A DNA stretch of 64,000 bases from an uncultured Gammaproteobacteria bacterium (GTDB lineage: Bacteria; Patescibacteriota; Microgenomatia; Daviesbacterales; UBA10151): assembly GCA_964405655.1 (NCBI GenBank), contig CAYOOO010000006.1, positions 3,671-67,670 of the forward strand. Direction: 5' to 3'. The notes below the pieces were generated by a model that saw only the letters and a program-made list of their open reading frames with translations, made no database searches and was not told the origin of the DNA. Below, piece after piece: positions 9,197-18,350 of this stretch. Made by a program: the position numbers and the translations under genes. Each line of letters opens with the position of its first letter. The first letter of the stretch is position 1.

Positions 9197-10466
9197 ATTA
9201 AAATCTGAATCTTTCCTACTCTGTTTAGTGTTAACGATCTCACTTATTTTTTATCTTTTTGTTAGTCTGCCTTACTACTCAGGGGATGTCAAAAATCATC
9301 TGGTTTGGGCAAATAGTATTTTAGAAGATGGCCCAGAGGGTTTATATGACAGAAATTTTCATGATTTTGCATATCCTAATTATCCGCCAGTAGCTATGCT
9401 TCTTTTTGCTTTTTTTCAGCAGCTTTATAAATTGACAGATCAATTTGTTTGGTTTTTAAATACCCTAATTCCCCAATTTCCATCAAACTGGGTCTATTTT
9501 GTCAGATGGGAAAATGTCAATATAACCTTTTTAAAGCTGCCTGCAATTTTAGCTAATATTTTTATTGGATTTGGAATATATCTGTTTTACAAATTGCTAA
9601 AACCAAATGCAAAATTTAAAGAAAAAATTACGATTGTATTATTATTTCTATTAAACCCTGCCTCTGTTTACATATCAGCAATTTGGGGTCAAATTGACAC
9701 CTTACCTTTAGCTTTTGTTCTACTGGCTTTTTATTTTGCAGTTAGGAAAAAAACATTATTAGCTTTTTTTCTGTCAACGCTGGCTCTTCTGAGTAAACAA
9801 ACAATTATAATTTTTTGGATAATTTTTTTAATCTACTGTTTAAAGTCAATGCCAATTAAATCGGTTATAAAAGGATTAGTACTAACAGTAGTGGTTTTTT
9901 ATTTGTCTTATTTACCTTTTCATCAACCTTCTCTAATTTGGCCGATTAATCTATATCAGACTAATTTTTCTCTTGTTTCCTACTCTACTGGTCCAAGTGT
10001 GATTAACCTCTGGGGAATCTTATCTGATTTTAAAGGAGTAAGTGATTTAGATAAATTTTTAGGGGTTAGCTATCACAGCTTAAGCATAATTTTATTTTCA
10101 ATCGTCTTTTTACCTTTACTATTTGTCTTCATAAAAAGAAAAGTGAAAAACTTTGAGCTTATCCACTTTCTCTTTTTAACAACTGCTCTATACTTTTTGC
10201 TTTTAACTAGAATGCATGAGCGGTATTTAATTCCAATAGTGGTTTTCAGTGCACTTGCCTTCTATCAAAGAAGAATAGGCACTTTTAATTATCTGTTTTT
10301 TGGGATACTTCACTTTATTAACCTTTATAGAAATCTTCTTCAGCCTGATATTCCTCTTTTGGTTTTTTTAGCAGACAGTGTTATAGTTCTTCAAGCTCTA
10401 ACAGTAATTTATTTTGTGACAACATTTTATAATTACCTAATATTTTTAAAAACCAGGAATGATTAG
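9183..10466 (+). CDS. Polytopic integral membrane protein, possible GT-C-type glycosyltransferase; start placed at internal ATG 9183 (track 9129 overlaps upstream gene by 68 nt)
   Basis: At least 10 predicted TM helices; 'YPNYPPVAMLLFAFF' loop motif; no soluble catalytic domain. Confidence 0.45.
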   Translation: MKLFRLKSESFLLCLVLTISLIFYLFVSLPYYSGDVKNHLVWANSILEDGPEGLYDRNFHDFAYPNYPPVAMLLFAFFQQLYKLTDQFVWFLNTLIPQFPSNWVYFVRWENVNITFLKLPAILANIFIGFGIYLFYKLLKPNAKFKEKITIVLLFLLNPASVYISAIWGQIDTLPLAFVLLAFYFAVRKKTLLAFFLSTLALLSKQTIIIFWIIFLIYCLKSMPIKSVIKGLVLTVVVFYLSYLPFHQPSLIWPINLYQTNFSLVSYSTGPSVINLWGILSDFKGVSDLDKFLGVSYHSLSIILFSIVFLPLLFVFIKRKVKNFELIHFLFLTTALYFLLLTRMHERYLIPIVVFSALAFYQRRIGTFNYLFFGILHFINLYRNLLQPDIPLLVFLADSVIVLQALTVIYFVTTFYNYLIFLKTRND

Positions 10467-11253
10467 AGCATCTATTGTTATAGTAACATACAATTGCCAG
10501 GACTTTATCAAAGATACTCTTGCATCAGTTATCAAGAATTCGCCAGAGAGTTGCGAAATAATTGTTTTAGATAATGACTCAAACGACTTGACTGTTAAGC
10601 TGCTAAGAGAATTTAAAGAAAAGATTAATTTGATTGAGTCAAGCCAGAATTTAGGATTCTCTAAAGGTAACAATTTAGCTGCAAAAAGTGCCAAAGGAAA
10701 ATTTTTATTTTTCTTAAACCCGGATATCTACATGGACGATCCAATCTTAGATGAACTCATCGATTTTTTAAATGATAAGGATAATGTAGCAATTGTGGGG
10801 CCTAAGCTGGTTATGATTAATGGCACTACTCAAGCATCTGTTAAAAGATTACCAACAATTAGTGGGGCCTTTAGAGAGTTTGTCTTAGGTGTAAAAAATG
10901 CATATTCAGAATATATCCCGCAGTCTGATCAACCGCTAGAAGTTGAGTGTGTTTATGGAGCAGCTATTTTAATAAAAAAAGATTTCTTTGAGAATCTTGG
11001 AGGGTTTAATGAAAAGTACTTTCTTTATTATGAAGATATTGATCTTTGTAAAAGAGTTAAAAAGTTAGGTAAAAAGATTTATTATTATCCTGGAGTGACT
11101 TTGAGACATATTATTGGGGGTACAAAAACTAATTTAGATAAACAAAGATTAAATTACCAGGCCTCTATAATTTATCATGGTTTAATAGGAGCTTGGATAT
11201 TAAGGTTTATATTTAATATTTACAGATTGCGAAGACTCTTTAAGCTGGTTTAG
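10459..11253 (+). CDS. Glycosyltransferase family 2
   Basis: 'ASIVIVTYNCQDFIKDTLASV', 'IIVLDNDSND', 'GFSKGNNLA', 'NPDIYM'. Confidence 0.75.
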   Translation: MIRASIVIVTYNCQDFIKDTLASVIKNSPESCEIIVLDNDSNDLTVKLLREFKEKINLIESSQNLGFSKGNNLAAKSAKGKFLFFLNPDIYMDDPILDELIDFLNDKDNVAIVGPKLVMINGTTQASVKRLPTISGAFREFVLGVKNAYSEYIPQSDQPLEVECVYGAAILIKKDFFENLGGFNEKYFLYYEDIDLCKRVKKLGKKIYYYPGVTLRHIIGGTKTNLDKQRLNYQASIIYHGLIGAWILRFIFNIYRLRRLFKLV

Positions 11254-11264
11254 AATTTAAGAAT

Positions 11265-12227
11265 ATGAGCAAATCAGATTTATCAGTGATAGTACCATTT
11301 TATAATGAAAATAAAAATCTGGGACAGCTGCATCAAGAACTAATAGAGGCTTTGAATAAGCTAGATATCAAAAATGAAATAATCTATGTTAATGATGGAA
11401 GCAGCGATGATTCTATCAAAACTCTTAATCAAGCGATTTCAGATACTAAATCTTTAAATGATGTGAATATAAGCTTAATATCTTTCAGGAGAAATTTCGG
11501 TCAAACAGCTGCAACTTCTGCGGGAATAGATTATGCTAGAGGTAACTTAGTTGCTTTTCTAGATGCTGATTTACAAAATGACCCTAAAGATCTAGTTAAA
11601 TTCTATGGTGAAATTCAACAAGGTTACGATGCAGTCTTTGGTTGGAGAAAAGAAAGAGAGGATTTTTTCTTAAGAAACTTTGCATCTAAAATAGCTAACT
11701 TTATTATTAGGAAAATTTTTCAAATCCCGCTGCATGATGTAGGTTGCTCTCTAAAAATTGTCAAAAAAGAAATCTTAGATGATATCCATCTTTATGGAGA
11801 GTCTCATCGAATTATGCCAGTTTTAATTTACTGGAAGGGAGTTAAAATAAAAGAATTAGTTACAAATCATAGAAAACGACTTTTTGAGAAATCAAAATAT
11901 GGTTACTCAAGGATATTAAAGTTAGTCATAGATCTGATTACTCTTAAATTTTTAAATTCTTATGGAACTAAACCCGCTTATGTTTTTGGTGCGGCTGGAA
12001 TACTAAGTAATGTATTAGGATTTATTACTCTTGTCTGGGTAGGCTACCAAAAAATATTTTTGCAAATTTATGTTCACAGAAACCCACTGTTTCTAATCTC
12101 AATTTTTTTTGTATTACTTGGAGTCCAATTTGTATTAATGGGGCTTTTGGCAGAACTTTTGGTCAGGACTTATTTTGAGTCCCAGAAAAAAACAACCTAT
12201 GAGATTAAAGAGGTAAAAACTTTTTAA
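11265..12227 (+). CDS. Polyprenol-phosphate sugar synthase (GT2, Dpm1/GtrB/ArnC-like) with two C-terminal TM helices
   Basis: 'LSVIVPFYNENKNL', 'YVNDGSSDDS', 'DADLQNDP'; C-terminal hydrophobic helices, the typical GtrB/ArnC architecture. Confidence 0.7.
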   Translation: MSKSDLSVIVPFYNENKNLGQLHQELIEALNKLDIKNEIIYVNDGSSDDSIKTLNQAISDTKSLNDVNISLISFRRNFGQTAATSAGIDYARGNLVAFLDADLQNDPKDLVKFYGEIQQGYDAVFGWRKEREDFFLRNFASKIANFIIRKIFQIPLHDVGCSLKIVKKEILDDIHLYGESHRIMPVLIYWKGVKIKELVTNHRKRLFEKSKYGYSRILKLVIDLITLKFLNSYGTKPAYVFGAAGILSNVLGFITLVWVGYQKIFLQIYVHRNPLFLISIFFVLLGVQFVLMGLLAELLVRTYFESQKKTTYEIKEVKTF

Positions 12228-14050
12228 TGTGTGGTATTACAGGAATTGTTGACTTCTCCTCCCAACCTAAGAAAACTGCTTTGATTAAGAGTCTTAACAA
12301 GATAACTCATCGTGGTCCTGATTCCTCAGGTTGTTACATTGATAAAAATGTTGCCTTAGGAGTTAGAAGACTAAGTATCATCGACCTTAAGACTGGAGAT
12401 CAACCAATCAGTAACGAGGATAACTTAATAACTATTGTCTTCAATGGCGAGATCTATAATTTTAAGTCACTCCGACAGATGCTTGTTGAAAAGGGTCATA
12501 AATTCAAAACTAAGACTGATACAGAGGTGTTGGTTCATCTTTATGAGGTTTATGGAGATTCTATGATGAAATTTCTTAATGGAATGTTTGCCTTTGCAAT
12601 TTGGGATAAGAAAAAAAATAAACTGTTCATCGGCCGGGATCATGCAGGTATTAAGCCTTTATATTATCTAAAGCAAGGCAGTAAGATTTTTTTTGGCTCT
12701 GAGGTTAAAACAATTTTAAGCTTTTTAAATGGTTCTCCTTCTGTAAATAACGAGTCATTAGCACTGTACACTTTCTTAGGATATATCCCTGGGGATAATT
12801 CTATCTTTGAGGGAATCAAGAAACTTCCCCCAGGACATTATCTGACTTTTGATAAGAATGGTTTAAAATTAGTTAAATATTATCAAGTAAAAATTAATCA
12901 GAAAGCAAAAATAGAGAAGCTGGATGATCTATTGAAAGATGCAGTCAGTCTTCAATCCGTCGCTGATGTACCACTGGGGGTTTTTTTAAGTGGTGGATTA
13001 GATTCATCAATTGTTACCTATTATTTGACTATGCTGAAGCATAATGTTAAGACTTTTTCTATTACTTTTGAAGAAGGTAGTTTTGACGAAAGTGAGTATG
13101 CACTACTTGTTGCTAAAAGGTTGCAAACTAAACACTACCAGGATAGTTTTTCAGTTAACGAAATTCCTAATCTATTTGACAAAATAACCGATCAACTTGA
13201 CGAGCCTTTATCTGATCCTTCACTATTTCCAACATTTAAAGTATCAGCTCTTGCCAAAAAAAACGTTAAAGTTGCCTTAAGTGGAGATGGGGGAGATGAG
13301 CTTTTTGGAGGATATCCAACATATCAAGGACATATTTTGGCAGAAAGATTTAAGTGGATCCCAAAAGCTTTTTTAGATAATTTAACAAAAAGCTTGAAAA
13401 TTCTTCCGAGAACCTTCGAAAACTTTCCTACAAAGGAAGTTTTAACTAGTTTTTTGTTAGGTATATCAAAACCAGCCGCCCAAAGACACATTTTTTGGAT
13501 GAGTCTGTTCTCTCAAGGCCAAAAAGAGCTTTTAGATATCTCTAAAACAAATTGGTATAAAAAAGAAATCTTATCCTTAAAGGGGGAGCAAGAAGATCTC
13601 CTGAAAAAAATGCAGCTTTTAGACTTTAATACTTATTTAGCTGATGATCTTTTAACCAAAGTTGACCGAGCATCAATGATAAACTCACTAGAAGTCAGAG
13701 TCCCTTTTTTAGATCCCAGAATTATTGAATTTGCTTATGGAAGCTCTAAAAATCATGTAGATTTACTTGTAACTAAGAAACATTTGAGAAATCTTTTAAA
13801 GGATCTTTTTCCTAAAAGTATTACCAAAAGGAAGAAAAAAGGCTTTGGCATCCCACTCTCAAAATGGCTTTGTTTTGAGCTAAAAGATTTAGCATATGAT
13901 CATCTAAAAAGCAAAAAATTGAACAACTTTTTTAAACCTACAGTAATTGAACGAGTTTGGAAAAATCATCAGGAAGGTAAAGAAAATAATGCCAAGATTA
14001 TTTGGATGTTGGTGATGTTTAGCAGTTGGTTAAGTAAGTGGAGTAACTAG
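12227..14050 (+). CDS. asnB: Asparagine synthetase (glutamine-hydrolysing) family amidotransferase
   Basis: N-terminal 'MCGITGIV' Ntn amidotransferase nucleophile; 'SGGLDSS' PP-loop ATP pyrophosphatase motif; 607 aa. Confidence 0.85.
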   Translation: MCGITGIVDFSSQPKKTALIKSLNKITHRGPDSSGCYIDKNVALGVRRLSIIDLKTGDQPISNEDNLITIVFNGEIYNFKSLRQMLVEKGHKFKTKTDTEVLVHLYEVYGDSMMKFLNGMFAFAIWDKKKNKLFIGRDHAGIKPLYYLKQGSKIFFGSEVKTILSFLNGSPSVNNESLALYTFLGYIPGDNSIFEGIKKLPPGHYLTFDKNGLKLVKYYQVKINQKAKIEKLDDLLKDAVSLQSVADVPLGVFLSGGLDSSIVTYYLTMLKHNVKTFSITFEEGSFDESEYALLVAKRLQTKHYQDSFSVNEIPNLFDKITDQLDEPLSDPSLFPTFKVSALAKKNVKVALSGDGGDELFGGYPTYQGHILAERFKWIPKAFLDNLTKSLKILPRTFENFPTKEVLTSFLLGISKPAAQRHIFWMSLFSQGQKELLDISKTNWYKKEILSLKGEQEDLLKKMQLLDFNTYLADDLLTKVDRASMINSLEVRVPFLDPRIIEFAYGSSKNHVDLLVTKKHLRNLLKDLFPKSITKRKKKGFGIPLSKWLCFELKDLAYDHLKSKKLNNFFKPTVIERVWKNHQEGKENNAKIIWMLVMFSSWLSKWSN

Positions 14051-14814
14051 CGCTTCTTTGATAAAATTGCCCAGGATATTGAGTTAACTGGAGATATTTT
14101 TAGTATTTCTAATTTATCACTTGTAAAAAGCTTTTTGACCTCTTCTTTTTTCCAGTAATTAGCGATTTTGGGAAGGAGTTGATCTAGGACAATTGTATGG
14201 ATATGCCAAAACCAAAACTGTTTTAACTGAGCCAAATACTCATTTTTTTGGGGAAAGAGCTTAAGATAAAGATAGAATGGAACAGAAAAGAAGTAGGCAA
14301 TCAGATTAGTTATACTTGGAGGAATATGAGAAGTGAAGGCCCTAATAGGGTTAATAAACTTAATTTTCAATTTATTACCCTCATATCCATAAACCCAGCA
14401 AATTAACTTTCCGCCTTTCTTAGTTGCCTTGATTAAATTTTCTATAGCCTTCTTTGGGTTTTCCAGATGGTGTAATACTCCTATACAGATAGTAAGGTCA
14501 AACTCCTCTTTATAGTCGATATCATATATTGATACCCAATCAACCCTGGCATTCTTGAAATTAGCTAAATTTTCTCTTGCCACCTCAACAGTGTGTTTAT
14601 CAACATCAAAGGCAACAACAGATTTTGCCCCGTAATAAAGTGGCCAATAACTATTCCTGCCAGTGCCACAACCAGCATCCAAGACCTTTTTATTTTTGAT
14701 ATTAAGTTTTCTTAAAGGAGTAATCCACTTTAAGAATTGTTGTTCGTAAGCTGGGATTATTTTTGGATAATTGACCCATTCAAAACTAAATCTATCGGCA
14801 GAGCCCATAAACAA
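14047..14814 (-). CDS. Class I SAM-dependent methyltransferase
   Basis: Motif I 'VLDAGCGTGRNS'; sole minus-strand gene inside the long plus-strand array. Confidence 0.7.
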   Translation of the reverse strand: MFMGSADRFSFEWVNYPKIIPAYEQQFLKWITPLRKLNIKNKKVLDAGCGTGRNSYWPLYYGAKSVVAFDVDKHTVEVARENLANFKNARVDWVSIYDIDYKEEFDLTICIGVLHHLENPKKAIENLIKATKKGGKLICWVYGYEGNKLKIKFINPIRAFTSHIPPSITNLIAYFFSVPFYLYLKLFPQKNEYLAQLKQFWFWHIHTIVLDQLLPKIANYWKKEEVKKLFTSDKLEILKISPVNSISWAILSKKR

Positions 14815-14963
14815 GATTTTAACATAATATACTCGTCTAACTCGAGTTTGCAGCTCTCATTAGCTGATTATGTACCAAAAATATTGGTTATAAGTTACAA
14901 ATTAGAGTATTTTGGGTATAAGCCTTCGCATTTTAAATATCAGTTTAGTACAATCAATTTAAG

Positions 14964-16661
14964 TTGACCAGGAAACATTTTTTAGTTCTAGGTTTAATTT
15001 TACTACTGGCTCTTTTTCTACGTGTTTATCAGCTAAACAAAGTACCGATTGAGCTTTTTGGTGATGAGATAGATGTTGGTATTCAAGCTTACTCTATTTT
15101 AAAAACTGGCAAAGATTATTTAGGTAACTCCTTTCCTGTCATGTTTCAGTCTTTTGATGAGAGTAGATTACCCCTTTTAATTTATTCAGCTGTACCTAGT
15201 GTTGCCCTTTTTGGTTTAAATGAATGGGGAGTCAGACTACCTGCCTCAATCTTTGGAGTTCTCTCAGTTGTTGGAATATTTTTAGTTGCAAGGAAGCTTT
15301 TCAATTTTAAAGTAGCTATTATCTCTGCTGTTTTACTTACCATCTCTCCTTGGAATTTACATTATTCAAGATGGTCTAATGATGCCATAAGTTTATTAGG
15401 ACTAGTTTCTTTTGGGACCTATTTCTTTTTACTCGGTTTAAGAAGATTTAGCATCCTTGTTATCTCAGCAATATTTTTCTCCTTAACATTATATGCTTAT
15501 TCAATCTCGGCTGTTTTTCTGCCCCTATTTCTATTACTACTTTTATTTTTATATTGGAAAGATCTAGAGAAAATCTCAAAAACTAAATTAATCTCTTTAG
15601 CTTTTATCTTGATAGTTCTAGTGCTTCCCTACATATATTATTCGATTAATGGTCCAGCTTCTGAAAGATTTTCTAAAATATCCATTTTTGCTGATCAGAA
15701 AATATTGGATAAAGCTACAGAAAGTCAGGCCCAAGATAGCTCTATCTCGACTAAGCTATTTCGAAATAAATTCACCCTTATGTTTAATAAAATTTCAGAA
15801 AATTATATAGAATCTTTCTCTTCTCAGTTTCTTTTCACCAGGGGAGATCCTAACTTTAGACATGCTATTGCAGAGATGGGACAGATGTATTTATTTGAAG
15901 CTCTTTTTCTGATTCTTGGTCTGTCTATCTTTGCTAAAAATATTTATCAAAAAAAAGTATTGGAAAATAAAGAGATAATGTTAATCTTAGGATGGATACT
16001 GATTGCCCCTGTAGCTGCTGCTTTAACTAAAGAAGGTGGAAATCATAATGCCAGGGTGATCTTAATGCTACCTCCACTGGTAATAACTACAGCACTGGGG
16101 ATTCAGTTATTGTTAAGTTTTAGATCTCAACTCAAGTTTAAATTAATATTTGTTTTTATCTCATTTTTGGCCGTTTATAACATCTTTAGTTATTTTTATA
16201 GATACTATAATGAATGGTCTTGGCAAAGTTGGCGTTTCTGGCAATTAGGATATAAAGAAGCAATAACTTATATAAAAGAAAATGAATCCAGTTACAACCG
16301 GATATTTTTCAACAGTACTTATGAACCTGCCTTACCTAGATTTTTATTCTGGTACCAATTTGACCCAAAAGAATTTCAAAAACTTTTTACTGGTAAAGAT
16401 AGAAAGGAGCAATTAGTAAAGGGTTTTAATGGGTTTTCCTTAGGAGATAAATACTATTTTGGGATAGTTTCTAAACTTATCTCAGATCAAGGATTTGTTG
16501 AGCTTTTGGGAAAAGAAGATGTGTACATGGTTAGTCAGAGAGATGAAGTAGGAACAATAGATTGGACTAAAGATCCTCCCAAAGGACTTAATATCTTAAA
16601 AGTGATTTATAATCCCAAACAAGAACCAATCTTTTATATAGTTACTAAAAAGGAGAGTTAA
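14964..16661 (+). CDS. GT-C fold glycosyltransferase, PMT/ArnT-like, tandem paralog family member 1 (TTG start)
   Basis: 'ELFGDEIDVGIQAYSILKTGKDYLGN' DE-loop motif; about 11 TM helices; conserved C-terminal soluble domain 'WSWQSWRFWQLGYKEA'. Confidence 0.7.
   Translation: MTRKHFLVLGLILLLALFLRVYQLNKVPIELFGDEIDVGIQAYSILKTGKDYLGNSFPVMFQSFDESRLPLLIYSAVPSVALFGLNEWGVRLPASIFGVLSVVGIFLVARKLFNFKVAIISAVLLTISPWNLHYSRWSNDAISLLGLVSFGTYFFLLGLRRFSILVISAIFFSLTLYAYSISAVFLPLFLLLLLFLYWKDLEKISKTKLISLAFILIVLVLPYIYYSINGPASERFSKISIFADQKILDKATESQAQDSSISTKLFRNKFTLMFNKISENYIESFSSQFLFTRGDPNFRHAIAEMGQMYLFEALFLILGLSIFAKNIYQKKVLENKEIMLILGWILIAPVAAALTKEGGNHNARVILMLPPLVITTALGIQLLLSFRSQLKFKLIFVFISFLAVYNIFSYFYRYYNEWSWQSWRFWQLGYKEAITYIKENESSYNRIFFNSTYEPALPRFLFWYQFDPKEFQKLFTGKDRKEQLVKGFNGFSLGDKYYFGIVSKLISDQGFVELLGKEDVYMVSQRDEVGTIDWTKDPPKGLNILKVIYNPKQEPIFYIVTKKES
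15024..15241 (+). repeat. 218-bp segment 100% identical to 16719..16936 (copy A, inside paralog 14964..16661)
   Basis: Direct base-by-base comparison of the two regions; flanking bases differ on both sides. Confidence 0.9.
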
Positions 16662-18350
16662 GTGAAGTTTAAACTTTTTTCTTTAGGATTAATACTTTTA
16701 ATAGCTTTAATACTCAGAGTTTATCAGCTAAACAAAGTACCGATTGAGCTTTTTGGTGATGAGATAGATGTTGGTATTCAAGCTTACTCTATTTTAAAAA
16801 CTGGCAAAGATTATTTAGGTAACTCCTTTCCTGTCATGTTTCAGTCTTTTGATGAGAGTAGATTACCCCTTTTAATTTATTCAGCTGTACCTAGTGTTGC
16901 CCTTTTTGGTTTAAATGAATGGGGAGTCAGACTACCAAGCGTCTTCTTTGGGATGCTATCACTGATTGGAATCTATTTATTAACAAGACAGCTTTTTAAC
17001 AGTAAAACTGCCTTATTTGCACTAATACTTCTGGCTATTTCTCCCTGGCATTTACAAATCAGTAGGCAAGCAAATGATGCAACCGTTATCTTACCAGTAA
17101 TGTTATTTGCTATTTGGTTTTTTTTGTTGGGTCTTAAAAGATACTTATTGTTAATAATTTCTGCAATCCTATTTGCCTTAACTTTTTATACTTATGCAAT
17201 TGCTGCAATATTTACTCCTTTAATAGTTATTTGTTTGTCAATACTTTTTTATAGACAGTTTTTAAAGTTAGGTTTGTTAAAAATAACAATGGTTCTGTTA
17301 GTAGGATTTATTATATTACTACCTTATTTAAGTTTATATGTGAGTGGAAAAGCCTCAACTAGATTCTCAACTATTTCAGTCTCCTCGGATAAAGGTATTA
17401 ACGATAAAATATTCACATACCGTAGAAGAGCCGACTCATCCTTTACTCCGCTAATTTACAACAAACCATCTGTTTACTCGGACGAGATTATTAAAAATTA
17501 CCTTAAAGCTTTTTCATCAGAATTTCTATTTGTGATTGGAGATCCTAACTTACGGCATTCAGTCGGAGGATTAGGTGAATTCTACTTATTTACCTTAGCT
17601 GGGTTAATACTAGGGATATTTTTTATTGTCAACAACTTTAATGGAAAGTACAAAACTTCTTTTAAAATTTTGGCTGTCTGCTTAATTTTAGCACCAGTTC
17701 CTGCATCGCTTACTAGAGATGGTGGTTACCATGCTCCCAGATTGTTTTTGTTATTACCATTTCTGGTAATAATTATATCACTTGGTATTAATTATTTAAC
17801 AGGGCTTAAAAGAAATATTTTTATCAAAGGATTATATTTATTAACCGGGTTTCTAATAGTAGTAAATCTAATAGGATATTTTTACAGATATTATATTGAG
17901 TGGTCAAAAGACAGCTGGAGATTCTGGCAGCTAGGATATAAAGAAGCATTGACCTATTTAAAAGAGAATGATTTAAAATATTCAAAGATTTACATTAACA
18001 ATACTTACGAGACTGCCTTGCCCCGATTTCTATTTTGGTATAACTATGATCCTGTTAGGTTTCAGCAAGTTTATCAAGGTAATAAAACAAAGGCTGATAT
18101 AGTTGATGGATTTGAGGGTTTTAAGTTTGATGATAAATATTATTTTGGTACCAAAACTGACAAGAGGATTGAAGATTTAATAGGTGAGAATGAAGTTTAT
18201 CTGGTAAGTTACAGAGATGAAACGGGACTCACAGATTGGAGAAAACAGCCACCTAATGGTTTAAAAGTTTTAAAGACAATTACCAATCCGTTTGACCAAC
18301 CGATATTTTTCATAGTAACCAAAGGAACAACACCGGATAAAAATGAATAA
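16662..18350 (+). CDS. GT-C fold glycosyltransferase, PMT/ArnT-like, tandem paralog family member 2 (GTG start)
   Basis: N-terminal 73 aa identical to the previous gene and then diverging; same TM architecture and C-terminal 'WSKDSWRFWQLGYKEA' domain. Confidence 0.7.
   Translation: MKFKLFSLGLILLIALILRVYQLNKVPIELFGDEIDVGIQAYSILKTGKDYLGNSFPVMFQSFDESRLPLLIYSAVPSVALFGLNEWGVRLPSVFFGMLSLIGIYLLTRQLFNSKTALFALILLAISPWHLQISRQANDATVILPVMLFAIWFFLLGLKRYLLLIISAILFALTFYTYAIAAIFTPLIVICLSILFYRQFLKLGLLKITMVLLVGFIILLPYLSLYVSGKASTRFSTISVSSDKGINDKIFTYRRRADSSFTPLIYNKPSVYSDEIIKNYLKAFSSEFLFVIGDPNLRHSVGGLGEFYLFTLAGLILGIFFIVNNFNGKYKTSFKILAVCLILAPVPASLTRDGGYHAPRLFLLLPFLVIIISLGINYLTGLKRNIFIKGLYLLTGFLIVVNLIGYFYRYYIEWSKDSWRFWQLGYKEALTYLKENDLKYSKIYINNTYETALPRFLFWYNYDPVRFQQVYQGNKTKADIVDGFEGFKFDDKYYFGTKTDKRIEDLIGENEVYLVSYRDETGLTDWRKQPPNGLKVLKTITNPFDQPIFFIVTKGTTPDKNE
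16719..16936 (+). repeat. 218-bp segment 100% identical to 15024..15241 (copy B, inside paralog 16662..18350)
   Basis: Direct comparison. Confidence 0.9.

Noticed and set aside
14737-14967. 76-aa plus-strand ORF bridging the methyltransferase start and the divergent promoter gap
   Set aside because: Overlaps the 5' end of the minus-strand MTase and the intergenic promoter region; no homology features; more likely non-coding regulatory DNA.
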